Shown: positions 1 to 10,807 of the stretch, piece by piece
Layout: each line of letters opens with the position of its first letter
How positions within the stretch are numbered: the stretch's first letter is position 1
Source: Parasitella parasitica NRRL 2501
Lineage: Eukaryota; Fungi; Mucoromycota
Direction of reading: 5' to 3'
Length of the DNA stretch: 64,000 nucleotides
Assembly (NCBI GenBank): GCA_025201805.1
Contig: MU619317.1
Coordinates: forward strand, 1 to 64,000
Program-made: the position numbers and the translations under genes
The notes under the pieces: model-generated
Seen by the model: the letters and a program-made list of their open reading frames with translations, nothing else
Databases searched by the model: none
What the model was told of the DNA's origin: nothing

Positions 1-687
1 TTCATCTTTTTTCATTTTATATCTTATGATCAGAACTATTAATTGTCCCAATACCACACTTTTTATGAGTGCCCCATTTTCAAATTAGTGTCTCGGCTGT
101 CTCATTTTTAATAATGCTGACCCATTTTCAAAATGAGTGACCCAAAATTTTTTCTTGGCGACTCAACCTATTATCAAGGGCACTACAAGTGTTTTGGGCA
201 ACAAGCATTATCCATAACAATAAAAAAAAACGGTTCACGAGAGAATTTTTATCCATTTCATCCAAATTTTCCCTATTGTAATGCCTTTGGTCTTTTGGGA
301 TCTGGCGTCTGCTTTCGTTTTCTTCCACCTTCGATTTTACGGTGCTTAGGCTTTTTTTCTGTTACTCTGAGCTCAATGTCGACTACCCCCCATTGCGCAG
401 ATAGCGTCTAGCATCGTATGAGAAGTTGCTTTAGTCGACTTAGTTGTTACTATTAATATATATTGCTGGTGTACCAACTGAAATTTTCGAACGACTTTGT
501 CAAACTTTCAACAACATCCACAACGCATGCCTGAGGGTTTTGTTTGTATATCTTCAGTGTTTTCCTCTTTCACCCTTAAACTTACTTTGTTCATAGTCTC
601 ATCAAGTTTGCCTCTCATTCGTTCTTGTTCAGATGGCTGAGCTTGTTGGTACTTTTACAATGAAGTTAGAAAAAAAGAAAAGGGAGA

Positions 688-819
688 CCCGCAATTTAAT
701 TCACAGGAAACTGCAAATTAATTTTTCAGAAAACCGCCTGTAAGAAAAGCGCAATTTAAATATTTATTTCCCGCACTTTAATTTTTAGAAATCCGTAATT
801 TAATGCTGCGTTCACTGTA
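688..819. mobile_element. Probable end of a DNA transposon: about five subterminal CCGCAATTTAAT-like motifs ending in CACTG|TA
   Basis: Motif variants at about 688, 710, 749, 770 and 792, mostly 21-22 bp apart. The terminus reads TA-CAGTG on the minus strand, typical of Tc1/pogo TIRs. The partner end was not found. Confidence 0.35.
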
Positions 820-825
820 TTTCAA

Positions 826-1370
826 ATATACAGCATTCATTAACAATTGTATTTTACATCTCTCGCTCCTGCACCGGATTTTTCCTGATCGCCATAGCTC
901 GGATATATGTGTAGTGTGCTCTTCTGCCTCAGATACTCTGGATCACTTCCTATTCCGCTGTCCAAACAAGGCTCTCGTTTGGCAAGGTATCATCTTTGAG
1001 TTTCTTTGGCCCACTGTTACCATATTGAGGATATCTGCCATCATTCCATCCTTTCTTTTAACTTTTACAACATCCAGTATAGTCAAAAGCCCCGGGCAAC
1101 CTCTCATCTCATAGTCATGATTACTCTGGCTAACATTTGGAGGGCTCACTACCGTTTTGTCTTTAACCAAAAGGCTTTCGAAACCGCTGCCGTACTGAAC
1201 AGTATCCGACTCGACATCTCCAAGATGATCGACGAAGATCAAGTTCATGCTTCTTTATAGGCTCTCTCTCTATCCTTTCTTTTCTTATAAATTTTATTTC
1301 ATTTTATTTTATCCTTTATCCATTTTATACTATATTCTTCATATCTTATTGCTATAAAAATTAAAAAAAG
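826..1370 (+). mobile_element. 5'-truncated LINE (non-LTR retrotransposon) 3' fragment with C-terminal zf-RVT domain, frameshifted
   Basis: CVVC...DHFLFRC zinc motif in ORF 803-1114 continues in a shifted frame to ...KMIDEDQVHASL (stop 1260). A pyrimidine-rich 3' UTR and short A-tail follow (to about 1369). Homologous to ORF 4040-4486. Confidence 0.85.
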
Positions 1371-1416
1371 CTTAGAAAAATACAATTATAACTCTTCTTG
1401 GTTTATTAAAGTTAAA

Positions 1417-1996
1417 NNNNNNNNNNNNNNNNNNNNNNNNNNNNNNNNNNNNNNNNNNNNNNNNNNNNNNNNNNNNNNNNNNNNNNNNNNNNNNNNNNNN
1501 NNNNNNNNNNNNNNNNNNNNNNNNNNNNNNNNNNNNNNNNNNNNNNNNNNNNNNNNNNNNNNNNNNNNNNNNNNNNNNNNNNNNNNNNNNNNNNNNNNNN
1601 NNNNNNNNNNNNNNNNNNNNNNNNNNNNNNNNNNNNNNNNNNNNNNNNNNNNNNNNNNNNNNNNNNNNNNNNNNNNNNNNNNNNNNNNNNNNNNNNNNNN
1701 NNNNNNNNNNNNNNNNNNNNNNNNNNNNNNNNNNNNNNNNNNNNNNNNNNNNNNNNNNNNNNNNNNNNNNNNNNNNNNNNNNNNNNNNNNNNNNNNNNNN
1801 NNNNNNNNNNNNNNNNNNNNNNNNNNNNNNNNNNNNNNNNNNNNNNNNNNNNNNNNNNNNNNNNNNNNNNNNNNNNNNNNNNNNNNNNNNNNNNNNNNNN
1901 NNNNNNNNNNNNNNNNNNNNNNNNNNNNNNNNNNNNNNNNNNNNNNNNNNNNNNNNNNNNNNNNNNNNNNNNNNNNNNNNNNNNNNNNNNNNNNNN
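1417..1996. other. Assembly gap (580 N)
   Basis: Run of N. Confidence 1.
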
Positions 1997-2232
1997 GATA
2001 CTCTGCGGTGCGGGTTTTGTGAAATTGGTAGCGATGTTTTGGAAAGATCTTGCAGTAAACAGGTCAATGCCGAGACTAATTAGACTGTTTTGCTGTTGTT
2101 TAAGTGTATATTATGTCGAATAACTAGGATGGTATGGTATCTCAGCGATAGAATAGCAAATAATTATATATGACAGTATTTTAAACGTAAGAAAGTTCGA
2201 TTTATTTCAAGTATGAAGCATAATTCCATATA

Positions 2233-3595
2233 CACTCACTGATAATAAATCAACAACCACGGTCACTATTTGTAGTAAATTTAAGAAAAATAAACATATC
2301 CTATCTACTTTCAAATCCACGTATCTCTACTATACAGTACTAAAATTTCCTTCTATAACTTTTACAATGGCTTTACAAGAACGCGATTCAAATATTGTTA
2401 AAAGAGTGCAAACTTCTGACTATGATATTGGACGAGTAATTGGGTTGCATGAGTACGGTGTTCCAAGTTCCGCTATCGCCAAGTCCACTGGCATCAAGGA
2501 AGGTACTGTGAAGGGTCTGATATACAGATACAAGCACAATGGCTCGGCACTTCCAGCACAAAGACCTGGTCGACCTCCAAAGCTTAATGAGAGGGACAAA
2601 AGAGTCATCAAACGCGAGATAAGAAAGCAACCATTGAAGCCAATGAAACATCATTTGGCTGATTTACATGACATTGGATATGACATCCATTTGAACACTT
2701 ACCGAAAGTGTCTCGTAGATTTAGGTTTAAAATCCTATAAAGCTGCTCACAGACCACGGTTAAGAACAACTCACAAGGAAAGAAGACTACAATGGGCAAA
2801 GGATAAGGTGGATTTCACTATGGATCAATGGAGACATGTGATTTGGTCGGATGAATCAAAATTCAACATTGTAGGTAATGATTCTGGTACTAGAGTCATC
2901 CGCCAAATCAATGAAAGGTTTCATGAAGACCATGTTATGGAGACCACAAAGTTTGGAAGTGGTTCGGTAATGGTTTGGGGATGTTTTTGGGCGGGTGGAT
3001 TTGGCCCAATTAAAGTGATCAAGACACGATTTGATCAGCTGGAGTATATTAAGTGTTTAGAAGAAGTATATATTCCTTATATCACACAGCTCACTCAGAA
3101 AGAAGGAAAACCATTTATTCTTCAAGAAGATGGTGCCACATGCCATACGGGCAAGGTTACAACAGCTTGGAAAATGGATCAACCGGATGTCCATTCATTC
3201 GACTTTTGGCCCGCTCAAAGTCCAGATTTGAACCCTATTGAACATGTGTGGTCATACCTAGAGAAGAAGATTGAGGGTAGAAGACATAGAATATCAAAGA
3301 CGAAAGAATTAGAAGAAGCATTGATTGAGGAGTGGAACAAAATTGAAGTAAGCTTTGCTGAGAAACTTGTTGGAAGTATGACCTCTCGCTGTAAAGAAGT
3401 CATTAAATCTAAAGGTGGCCACGCCAGATATTAATTTTTGAAAATCTTTAAATAAACATATCTACGTATTATATACTCTAATTTGAGGTTATTTGAAGAA
3501 TCTTTTATTATCAAGAACATCAAGACAAAGATCATAATGGCTTTCAGAATTAAAAAAAGTCGGAGTTGTGGTTGCTGATTTATTATCAGTGAGTG
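2233..3595 (+). mobile_element. Complete Tc1/mariner-superfamily transposon, 1363 bp, 28-bp TIRs, TA target duplication
   Basis: Left TIR CACTCACTGATAATAAATCAACAACCAC (2233-2260) matches the reverse complement of 3568-3595 with one mismatch. TA flanks at 2231-2232 and 3596-3597. Confidence 0.95.
2367..3434 (+). CDS. Tc1-like transposase, 355 aa, uninterrupted, DD36E triad
   Basis: N-terminal HTH region, GRPPKL, WSDES, VMVWGCF, QEDGATCH and WPAQSPDLNPIEHVW. There are 36 residues between the second D and the E. Confidence 0.95.
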   Translation: MALQERDSNIVKRVQTSDYDIGRVIGLHEYGVPSSAIAKSTGIKEGTVKGLIYRYKHNGSALPAQRPGRPPKLNERDKRVIKREIRKQPLKPMKHHLADLHDIGYDIHLNTYRKCLVDLGLKSYKAAHRPRLRTTHKERRLQWAKDKVDFTMDQWRHVIWSDESKFNIVGNDSGTRVIRQINERFHEDHVMETTKFGSGSVMVWGCFWAGGFGPIKVIKTRFDQLEYIKCLEEVYIPYITQLTQKEGKPFILQEDGATCHTGKVTTAWKMDQPDVHSFDFWPAQSPDLNPIEHVWSYLEKKIEGRRHRISKTKELEEALIEEWNKIEVSFAEKLVGSMTSRCKEVIKSKGGHARY

Positions 3596-3733
3596 TATAT
3601 ATCTAAGATGAGACGTTCCCAGAATTCAACATCAGGTTCAGGAACGTAGCTTCAATTGGCTCAGACTCTGATCACGTGCGGGTAATCAATCAGCACCAGC
3701 AAAAATATTTTACATCTGTAACAAAAAGAAAAA

Positions 3734-3804
3734 GCGCGGTTGGTTAAGTGGTATAATCTTCGCCTGCCACGCGAAGGGCCGGGGTTCGATTCCCCGATCG
3801 CGCA
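3734..3804 (+). tRNA. tRNA-Gly(GCC), intronless, 71 nt
   Basis: Acceptor stem GCGCGGT/ATCGCGC, anticodon arm TTCGC-CTGCCAC-GCGAA, T-arm CGGGG-TTCGATT-CCCCG, followed by a T-run Pol III terminator. Confidence 0.95.
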
Positions 3805-3960
3805 TCTTTTTACAGAAATTTACAATTATGTAGTGTGTGTAGTGCCAACACTAGCAAATCAACCCTGTCATGCTCATTTTGTTCATTTCTTTTTTTAAAG
3901 GTTTTTATTGTTTGCTCCGTGTAGATTAAAATAGCGAGACTGTAACCAAGAGGCGGGCTC

Positions 3961-5795
3961 AATTTATATTGATAGTAGTAATAAAAAATAGAAAGACAAG
4001 TAGGAGAAGGAAAGAGATAATACTAAAGGAAAAAGAAAATTACAACATAAAGTGAACTTGATCTTCATCGATCATCTTGGAGATGTCAAGTCGGATGTGA
4101 TTCAAAATAGAGGTTGCCGAAAAAGGTTGCTGTTGAAAAATAAAGCGAAAGTGAGCCTTCCAGACATTTGCCAAAGTGATAATGACGATAATGTAGGAGG
4201 GGGCCAGGGGCTTTTGAGTGTATCGAATGTTGTGAAAATCAAGATTGAGGATAGAGTGACGGATATCAGCGATAGTTACTGTGGGCCATAAAAATTCAGA
4301 GATGACACCTTGCCAAACAGAAGCCTTCGATGGACATGTAAATAAGAAGTGATCCACAGAGTCTTCAACAGAGGAGCAAACAGCACACAAGGAAGATGTA
4401 TGTACAGTAGGAAAAATCCGTTGAAGAAGAGACTGATGCGGAATGCAGTTATTGATGAAACGATATAAGACATTGCGTTGGATCATGGTTAATGATAAAC
4501 ACCAAAAGGATGACCAAGCAGTAGCTGGAATGGACGATAAATAAGGGGGAGCAATGGATGAAGAGCAGGCCTGCCGGAAAGTCTTGGAAGTAATCCTGGA
4601 GGAGATGACAGTACGATCATTGGGAAAGATAAGTTGCTCTGCAAAAGGATGAAGAGTGATGGATGTTGATTCAGGAGAATCCTCAGTTTGAGGGGTGCAA
4701 AGAGGACGAAAGAAAGGTTGGGGTTGGATGTGGCCAGAGGCAATACCTCTGTAAATCTGTTTTGGAGCTTGTTTCCAGATAGTTACGGTTGGATCATTAG
4801 AATCCTCCTAATGTAAAAAGTGATGAGTGGGATGGAGTTGAAAGACATCCGACACAAACATGGCGGAAATCTTTTGAGGGATTCGGAATGTACTGTGGGT
4901 AGGCTTGTAAAGAATGGTAGAAAGAGGAAGAAGAAGACCGGTGGCAATATTGAGAGAGACACTATCATAATCACGAGGAATCATATCAATTGATTTGTAG
5001 AGCATATCAATAGTTGACACCTGGCGTTTTCTGGTTAATAATCTGCGAGATACAGGTAGCAGCAGTGGAACTTGATGTAGTGAGGAATTATTATGATTAT
5101 TAATGTGATGAATAAGCATTCCGATTAACGAATTATCAGTCGTAGATGTTGAATTGGTCAAGAGTAAAGGTTGAATCCACCGAAAGTAGAGAGCCGAATA
5201 CTGCTTTGGAACATCCAGAATACCAAGGCCACCTTGGCTTCGTGGCAGAGTCCAGGTGCTCCACGGAATAGCAGGAAAAATGCCTTTGCGCAAGAATTGG
5301 ATAGCAATAGAGTGATTTGTTGTAAGTCGTGTGTAGTCAGAGGAGTGACGCGAAAGATATACCAACATTTTGAGAGTGTATCAGAGAGTTAACAATCGTA
5401 GCTTTACCTACCACCGACAATGACCGGCCTGAATGAAATTGCAATGCTTGTTTAAGTGTACCAAGGAGAGAGCTAACATAGCTAACTCGTTGTTGCGTGC
5501 TTTGTATCAAGGGAAAACCAAGATATATAATAGGATCAGTATCTTTAGCAGAATGTAGGTGATGAATATTCATAGCAGCAACGAGCCTGTTCCAAAAAGG
5601 CGACGTATCCCGACCAGAAACTGAGAAAGCTTCCACTTTTGAATAGTTGAATCTTGCGTTGGAAGCTCGACAGAACAGATCCATATAGTATCTGAGCAAT
5701 CTTAAATCTTGGCGATCATGAACAAACACTAATGCATCATCAGCATAACACAAAATTTTTGTGGTAATCACCGAGGAATCCTGAGAGTCAGCCAT
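3961..5795 (-). mobile_element. 5'-truncated, frameshifted LINE ORF2 (RT C-terminal part through zf-RVT) with 3' UTR
   Basis: KILCYADD and YLGFPL in ORF 5337-5795; LPRSQGGLGILD in 4808-5368; CAVC...DHFLFTC in 4040-4486. Frame breaks occur between these pieces, and a pyrimidine-rich 3' UTR follows. Confidence 0.92.
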
Positions 5796-5963
5796 GGCAC
5801 TTTATTGAATTTACAATTATCACGACATACTCATTTCGTTCATTTGACACTCAGGTGTATACCAGCTATTTTTTTTAGAACTCAACACACAACTTTGATA
5901 TGAATAGAGACATTGTTACAATATGATTTGGAAAGAAATAAACAATCGAAATTTGTACATGTT

Positions 5964-6015
5964 GATATGCCAATTTCCCAACCGGGAGTCAAACTCAAGT
6001 GAACTCAATGACCTG
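5964..6015 (+). repeat. 52-bp direct repeat, copy 1 (copy 2 at 7967-8018)
   Basis: Ungapped manual alignment, 42/52 identical, mismatches mostly transitions. Confidence 0.7.
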
Positions 6016-6419
6016 CCATAATTATAGATAGGAGATCATGGCAATGTACTCCAATTGAAGATTAAAGATCGTCCAATGATGTGATGTGATACGTTTGTGT
6101 AAACTGGGGAATAAAGTCTCTGTTTCAAATTAAGAAGGTTATTCTTGTAAGTAACACGGATCTGAGCACCAGGATGAAGATTAAGGCACTGTCAGATCAA
6201 AGACGTGAAGCCTTTGTTGTATAACCTTTCATCGTACTCTATAAAGTACATTGTCACTGTGAATTAGTCTTGTCAATTAGTAATCTAAATAAGTCACCAT
6301 AAATTTATGTACAGTAGTTGTAAAAGATATAAATAGCAGATGTATTTTCGACCTTAAATTAATTATTTTCAAGTTTTCGTATCTCGTTAATCTTTGGTTT
6401 TCATCTTTTTTGATCCAAC
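6013..6419 (+). repeat. Dispersed non-coding repeat module A, copy 1 (about 400 bp; direct copy at 57141-57546)
   Basis: Colinear shared blocks such as GGAGATCATGGCAATGTACT and ATTGTCACTGTGAATTAGTCTTGTCAATTAGTAATCTAAATAAGTCA. Confidence 0.9.
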
Positions 6420-6754
6420 GGTTAGAACGTAGATGTAGAACTGGTATTAAATGCAGACTTTATGCCGGAAATGCATGAGATTAAGCAATTATTAGATTGA
6501 TAATACTTTATATACTGTTATATCAATAATATGGCAAGGTCTCACACCAGGGTCTCAGATCAGTCCCAGGGTCTTACGGTAATCATGTGTAGTCATCATT
6601 TACATTATGCAGTTAGATAATAAAGCCCTTATCTTATTGATGTGTATATAATACATCTTTCAATGTATTGTAAATAAAAGTGTAACTCTTAGGCAGATTT
6701 ATTTTAACAGACTTTTGACAAAACAATATATATCTAGATTTAATTATATAAATT

Positions 6755-7450
6755 TTACAAATATTTAATGTCCAGTTTAATTTCGCGATGTTCATTGAAA
6801 AGCATTCGGGGTCTAAGATTTCCCTTGCACCTTTCACCCCCAACACAGCTGATAGTAGCAAAGCCTCGTCCGTTGAACCAACGACCGCTGGGGATATAAT
6901 GGAGGCCTAATTCCAAAATATCCCCGCATGGATTAAGGATCTCTATTAAACGATTGCAAATGGAAACACTGTCCAAACCAGGGATGTCAGTAATACGAAT
7001 TTGAAGAACGGAAGCTCCAAAAGCGAGAGTAGGATTAACAACGATTGTTTTACCATGGATTATAAACGAACGATTCAATGCCGCGACTCTGCCCTCTTCA
7101 TTGAGGAAGGATATCTCGAAGAACTTTCTCACCCTGCCCACCGCACGCATAGTCAGAATGAGACCGTCTGGAAACTGCTTACGAAGGATTTCGTTGAGCT
7201 CCTTGTTATCATCAAAGGTCATACCTTCGAACTGAGCGCAATCCATTACGATAGAGTATGGTTCAGTTGGCCTCAAGAAAGTTGTAGTTTGCGAAATGCA
7301 GGATTGAATGTTTTGTTCGTCAAGCCCTTTGTTGAAGTTACGTGCGATGAAAAAAGAGGAGCGCTCTTGCTGGCTAGCTTTGTGTTCCCAACTCTGACTT
7401 TCGAACTGGTACTGATCCCCTGCTTTGTGTTTTTGAGTAGAGGAAGCCAT
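6755..7450 (-). pseudogene. LINE ORF1 (gag/RRM-like) homolog, apparently C-terminally truncated
   Basis: FEISF...RVAAL...QIRITDIP...GDILELGL...FNGRGFATI pattern resembles my recollection of Mucorales LINE ORF1. No CCHC knuckle. Same strand as, and upstream of, the ORF2 fragment. Confidence 0.6.
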
Positions 7451-7966
7451 GTGTGATAAACAAAAGAAGTATATCGTCTTTTGATTATTTATTACAACTG
7501 AGATGGTGACTGTAATAACCAATAGATCAATGTGATCTATCTTATCACCGTTGATAAACGAATAAAAAATAAGCCGCGGCAATACTGTCAACTGGTTTGC
7601 TATGTTTCATTGTTGGGATTGATACATGAATATTAGCTGATGTATATATTAAATAGGTTGTCTGTGTCTTGACATTTGAGTAAGTCCGCATTTCTTGCTG
7701 CTGTCATGGCAGCCGAGACATCGCGATATCTAGTGAGAGTAGGGGTATTATACTGATACCTATCTGATACAACAATCATATAATATATTCGCAGTAAACC
7801 AGGAAGGGCAGTGCTTTAGGAATTGATATAGTGAAGATGTAGCAGTACGTATACATCAGATGAAGTACCAACATATGAAACGAGTCGTGTGACCAGACGT
7901 TCTTCTAACCTACAATACTGAATCCGTATATAAGTTCAACTCACTTTTTCTCTTAGGAATAATGAT

Positions 7967-8018
7967 GATGTGTCGATTTCCTAACCGGAAGTCAAATTCA
8001 ATTAAACTCAATACCCTG
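7967..8018 (+). repeat. 52-bp direct repeat, copy 2
   Basis: 42/52 identical to 5964-6015. Confidence 0.7.
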
Positions 8019-8730
8019 AACAGAATCCAGGAACATAACCCAATGGATTATGTTCCTTATTTATAACTCAACATGACATGTTCATAAACAATAAATACTC
8101 AATCTATCGTCCCATTCTCTAAATCACATAATTTCTCACGCTTATACATTATCACCCCCATCAGTCCACTTAGATTCAATTATAGTCATATTTCTCATGT
8201 AATAAACGGGATCTTTATCTTATGATTCACAACTGTTTTATTTGAATAATTTCTCATTTTGATAAATCAAACGAGTCATAAACATCAATTATCAGGTCCA
8301 ATACTAAAGCTATACTAATAAATGACATATCCGTAAATGAATATATTATAACAAGTAGAAAAGTACACATAGTTGGACGTAGTTGAATTAGATTAGAATC
8401 TCTCATCCTGAATTTTATACTATTAAATCGTCGTATCAAGTCTCAAATACTTGTAAAGATCTTTGTATTAGTATAAATACTACAAATCTTTTTGTTTTTT
8501 CGAAAAAAAATGTGATGAATAATAATATTTTGGGCGTATGCTAAGCTATTCTCAGTACCAGCTAATAAACATAATATAATAATCTCCAGAGATATGCAAA
8601 CTCTGGATTCTTGTTTGGATAACAGTAAACCTTTTTACTAGAGCTACCCAGCAGTCACCAGCACTTAACAATTGATCCAAACATCAACCATCTTTAGACC
8701 TTTTTACTTTGGTAGCAAAACAACAATAAT

Positions 8731-10264
8731 ATGCCAGAAATACCTAATCAGCCGAGGAGAAGGTACCTGGCTGGCGTGCTGGCTCTATTAGCAGTTGTGT
8801 TTATATGGGTCGCTTCTTCCTTTGTGATGAATGTAAGTTTAATATCGGATTTACCTGGTTGTATGACATTTTCTAATGGGAACCTTTTTCTCCTCTTGCA
8901 TAGAGCATCTTTGCTGATTTAAAATATAACAAGCCATTTTTTGTAACATATATAAATACAGCGACTTTTTCATTATATCTATTACCTCTTGTATGGACAT
9001 TAAAAAAAAAGAGGACCACAGATTTTTCACCAGAAGAGTAAAAAACTTATTCACCATATGCCTACATATATTAAATGCGCTTTACTAGTGTTCGTTTAGA
9101 AACTGAAGCTCGATTGCTTGGAGATAATGATGTAAGCCATAATGCGTGAATGATGAATGCGCTTTTATTGATGTTATACCCATAAGTTTGACAATGAAGA
9201 GGAACAGACAGTTGATACAACAGAAACACAAACACATTCGAAATTAGAAAAATTAACTACCATAGAAACTGTGAAATTAAGCCTTGCATTTTGCTTTTTG
9301 TGGTTCTTTGCAAATTACACAACCAATGCCAGCTTAGCCTACACCAGTGTTGCCAGCAGCACCATTCTATCATCTATGTCGGGACTTTTCACATTGGGCA
9401 TTGGAGCTATATTCAAAGTAGAGAAGTTAAGCGTCACTAAAGTCATATCAGTTTGCTTAAGGTATAGCGAATATATTAGCCGCGATAAACCAGACTGATT
9501 TCGATTGTTTAGTTTTGCCGGTATTATTTTTGTTGCGTATTCAGATCAGTTAACTAGACTTGATGCCAATGGGTATACAATTCCAACGCCACTCATTGGC
9601 GATTTATTGGCGCTTTGTGGCGCTATATTCTATGGATGCTATACAACTTTACTAAAAATCAAGATTGGAGATGAATCCCGTATCGATATGCCTTTATTTT
9701 TTGGGTTCGTAGGTGCTTTTAATGTTCTTTTTATGTGGCCAGCTTTCCCACTACTTCATTTTCTGGGTCTAGAGATATTCGAATTACCATTCAGCCCTTC
9801 ATTGTGGACCATGGTTTTATTGAATGCATTTGTTGGTACATTTTTGTCAGACTACCTATGGCTACTGGCAATGTTAATGACATCGCCTTTGGTTGTCACA
9901 TTAGGAATATCTTTGACGGTAGGGTGAAAAATCTTTGCATTGCCACCGTTCCAACTAATGCAGCATGCAGATTCCGTTAGCTTTAATGGGTGATGTCTTA
10001 TTTAAACATTTTATCCCAGGGCTTCAATATGCAATTGGTGCAACTCTGGTGGTTGCTGGATTCTTTATAGTGAATATGGCGACACTACAAGACGTTGATA
10101 AAAAATCAACATCACATTCGAGTGCAATTGAAGAAAATGACGAATATGACGAATTCAATACAGAGATAAACCAAAGAAGAATGGCGAGGGCTCTCAGCAT
10201 TTCGGATTCAATTCAAAATACTAGACGAGCAAGTAGCGCATCACTCCTCAGTGGCCATTTTTAA
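8731..10264 (+). CDS. DMT/EamA-fold membrane transporter, SLC35F5 / yeast THI74-YML018C family (multi-exon)
   Basis: Spliced motifs VVFIWVASS, YNKPFFVTYINTATFSLYL, LAYTSVASSTILSSMSGLFTL, GDESRIDMPLFFGFVG, SDYLWLLAMLMTSPLVVTLGISLTIPLA. First intron is 8833-8903 (GT-AG). Confidence 0.9.
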
Positions 10265-10807
10265 CCTCCAAACGTTGTATAAATTGCACGCATCTTGTGA
10301 AAATAAACTCTTGTAGATTATGTAAATACCAACCTCTTTATTGATGCAAATAATAACACTTTTCATCATGATGTACTGTATACGAAATGCTTCAATCAAA
10401 GAAACTTTCCGGGGGAGGATGAAGCTCTTTTAGCAGCAATTGATTTGCCTTTGGGTCTTTTTTTTTCAAGTTTTGAATCTAGCAAGAATCATAGTCGTTA
10501 GACTCTCCATCTTTGTTAACAAAACTATGGTGCATTCATTGGGCCCAAAAACCATTGGTCCCCAATGCTTTAACGTCAAACCTAATTAATTACTGCATGA
10601 AGAAGTATACTAAAGTATAGTAAGTTTAAAAAGGGAAAAAATTGTTGCAGGCAGCATAAGAGGTCCGTAATACCGTACCATCTAATTCTTGTCATGCTTC
10701 ATCATCCAGATAAGCACAGTCATGACTGGCATTCAAACACCCATCATCTTCCATCTAAAAAATCAGTTGCAATAGTACATCTTTTTTGTTTTCTAACTTT
10801 ATAAATC

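Noticed and set aside
1372-2067. 231-aa ORF
   Set aside because: Artefact of the N gap.
1-8300. Centromere/pericentromere (LINE-rich region with a gap)
   Set aside because: The LINE pieces are short and decayed and genes resume at 8.7 kb. No centromere-specific motif can be supported without CENP-A data.
8300-10400. TPP riboswitch near the THI74-like gene
   Set aside because: The conserved aptamer motifs (GCTGAGA…CTTGAT…GGATAAT…CCAGCG) were not found in the introns or flanks.
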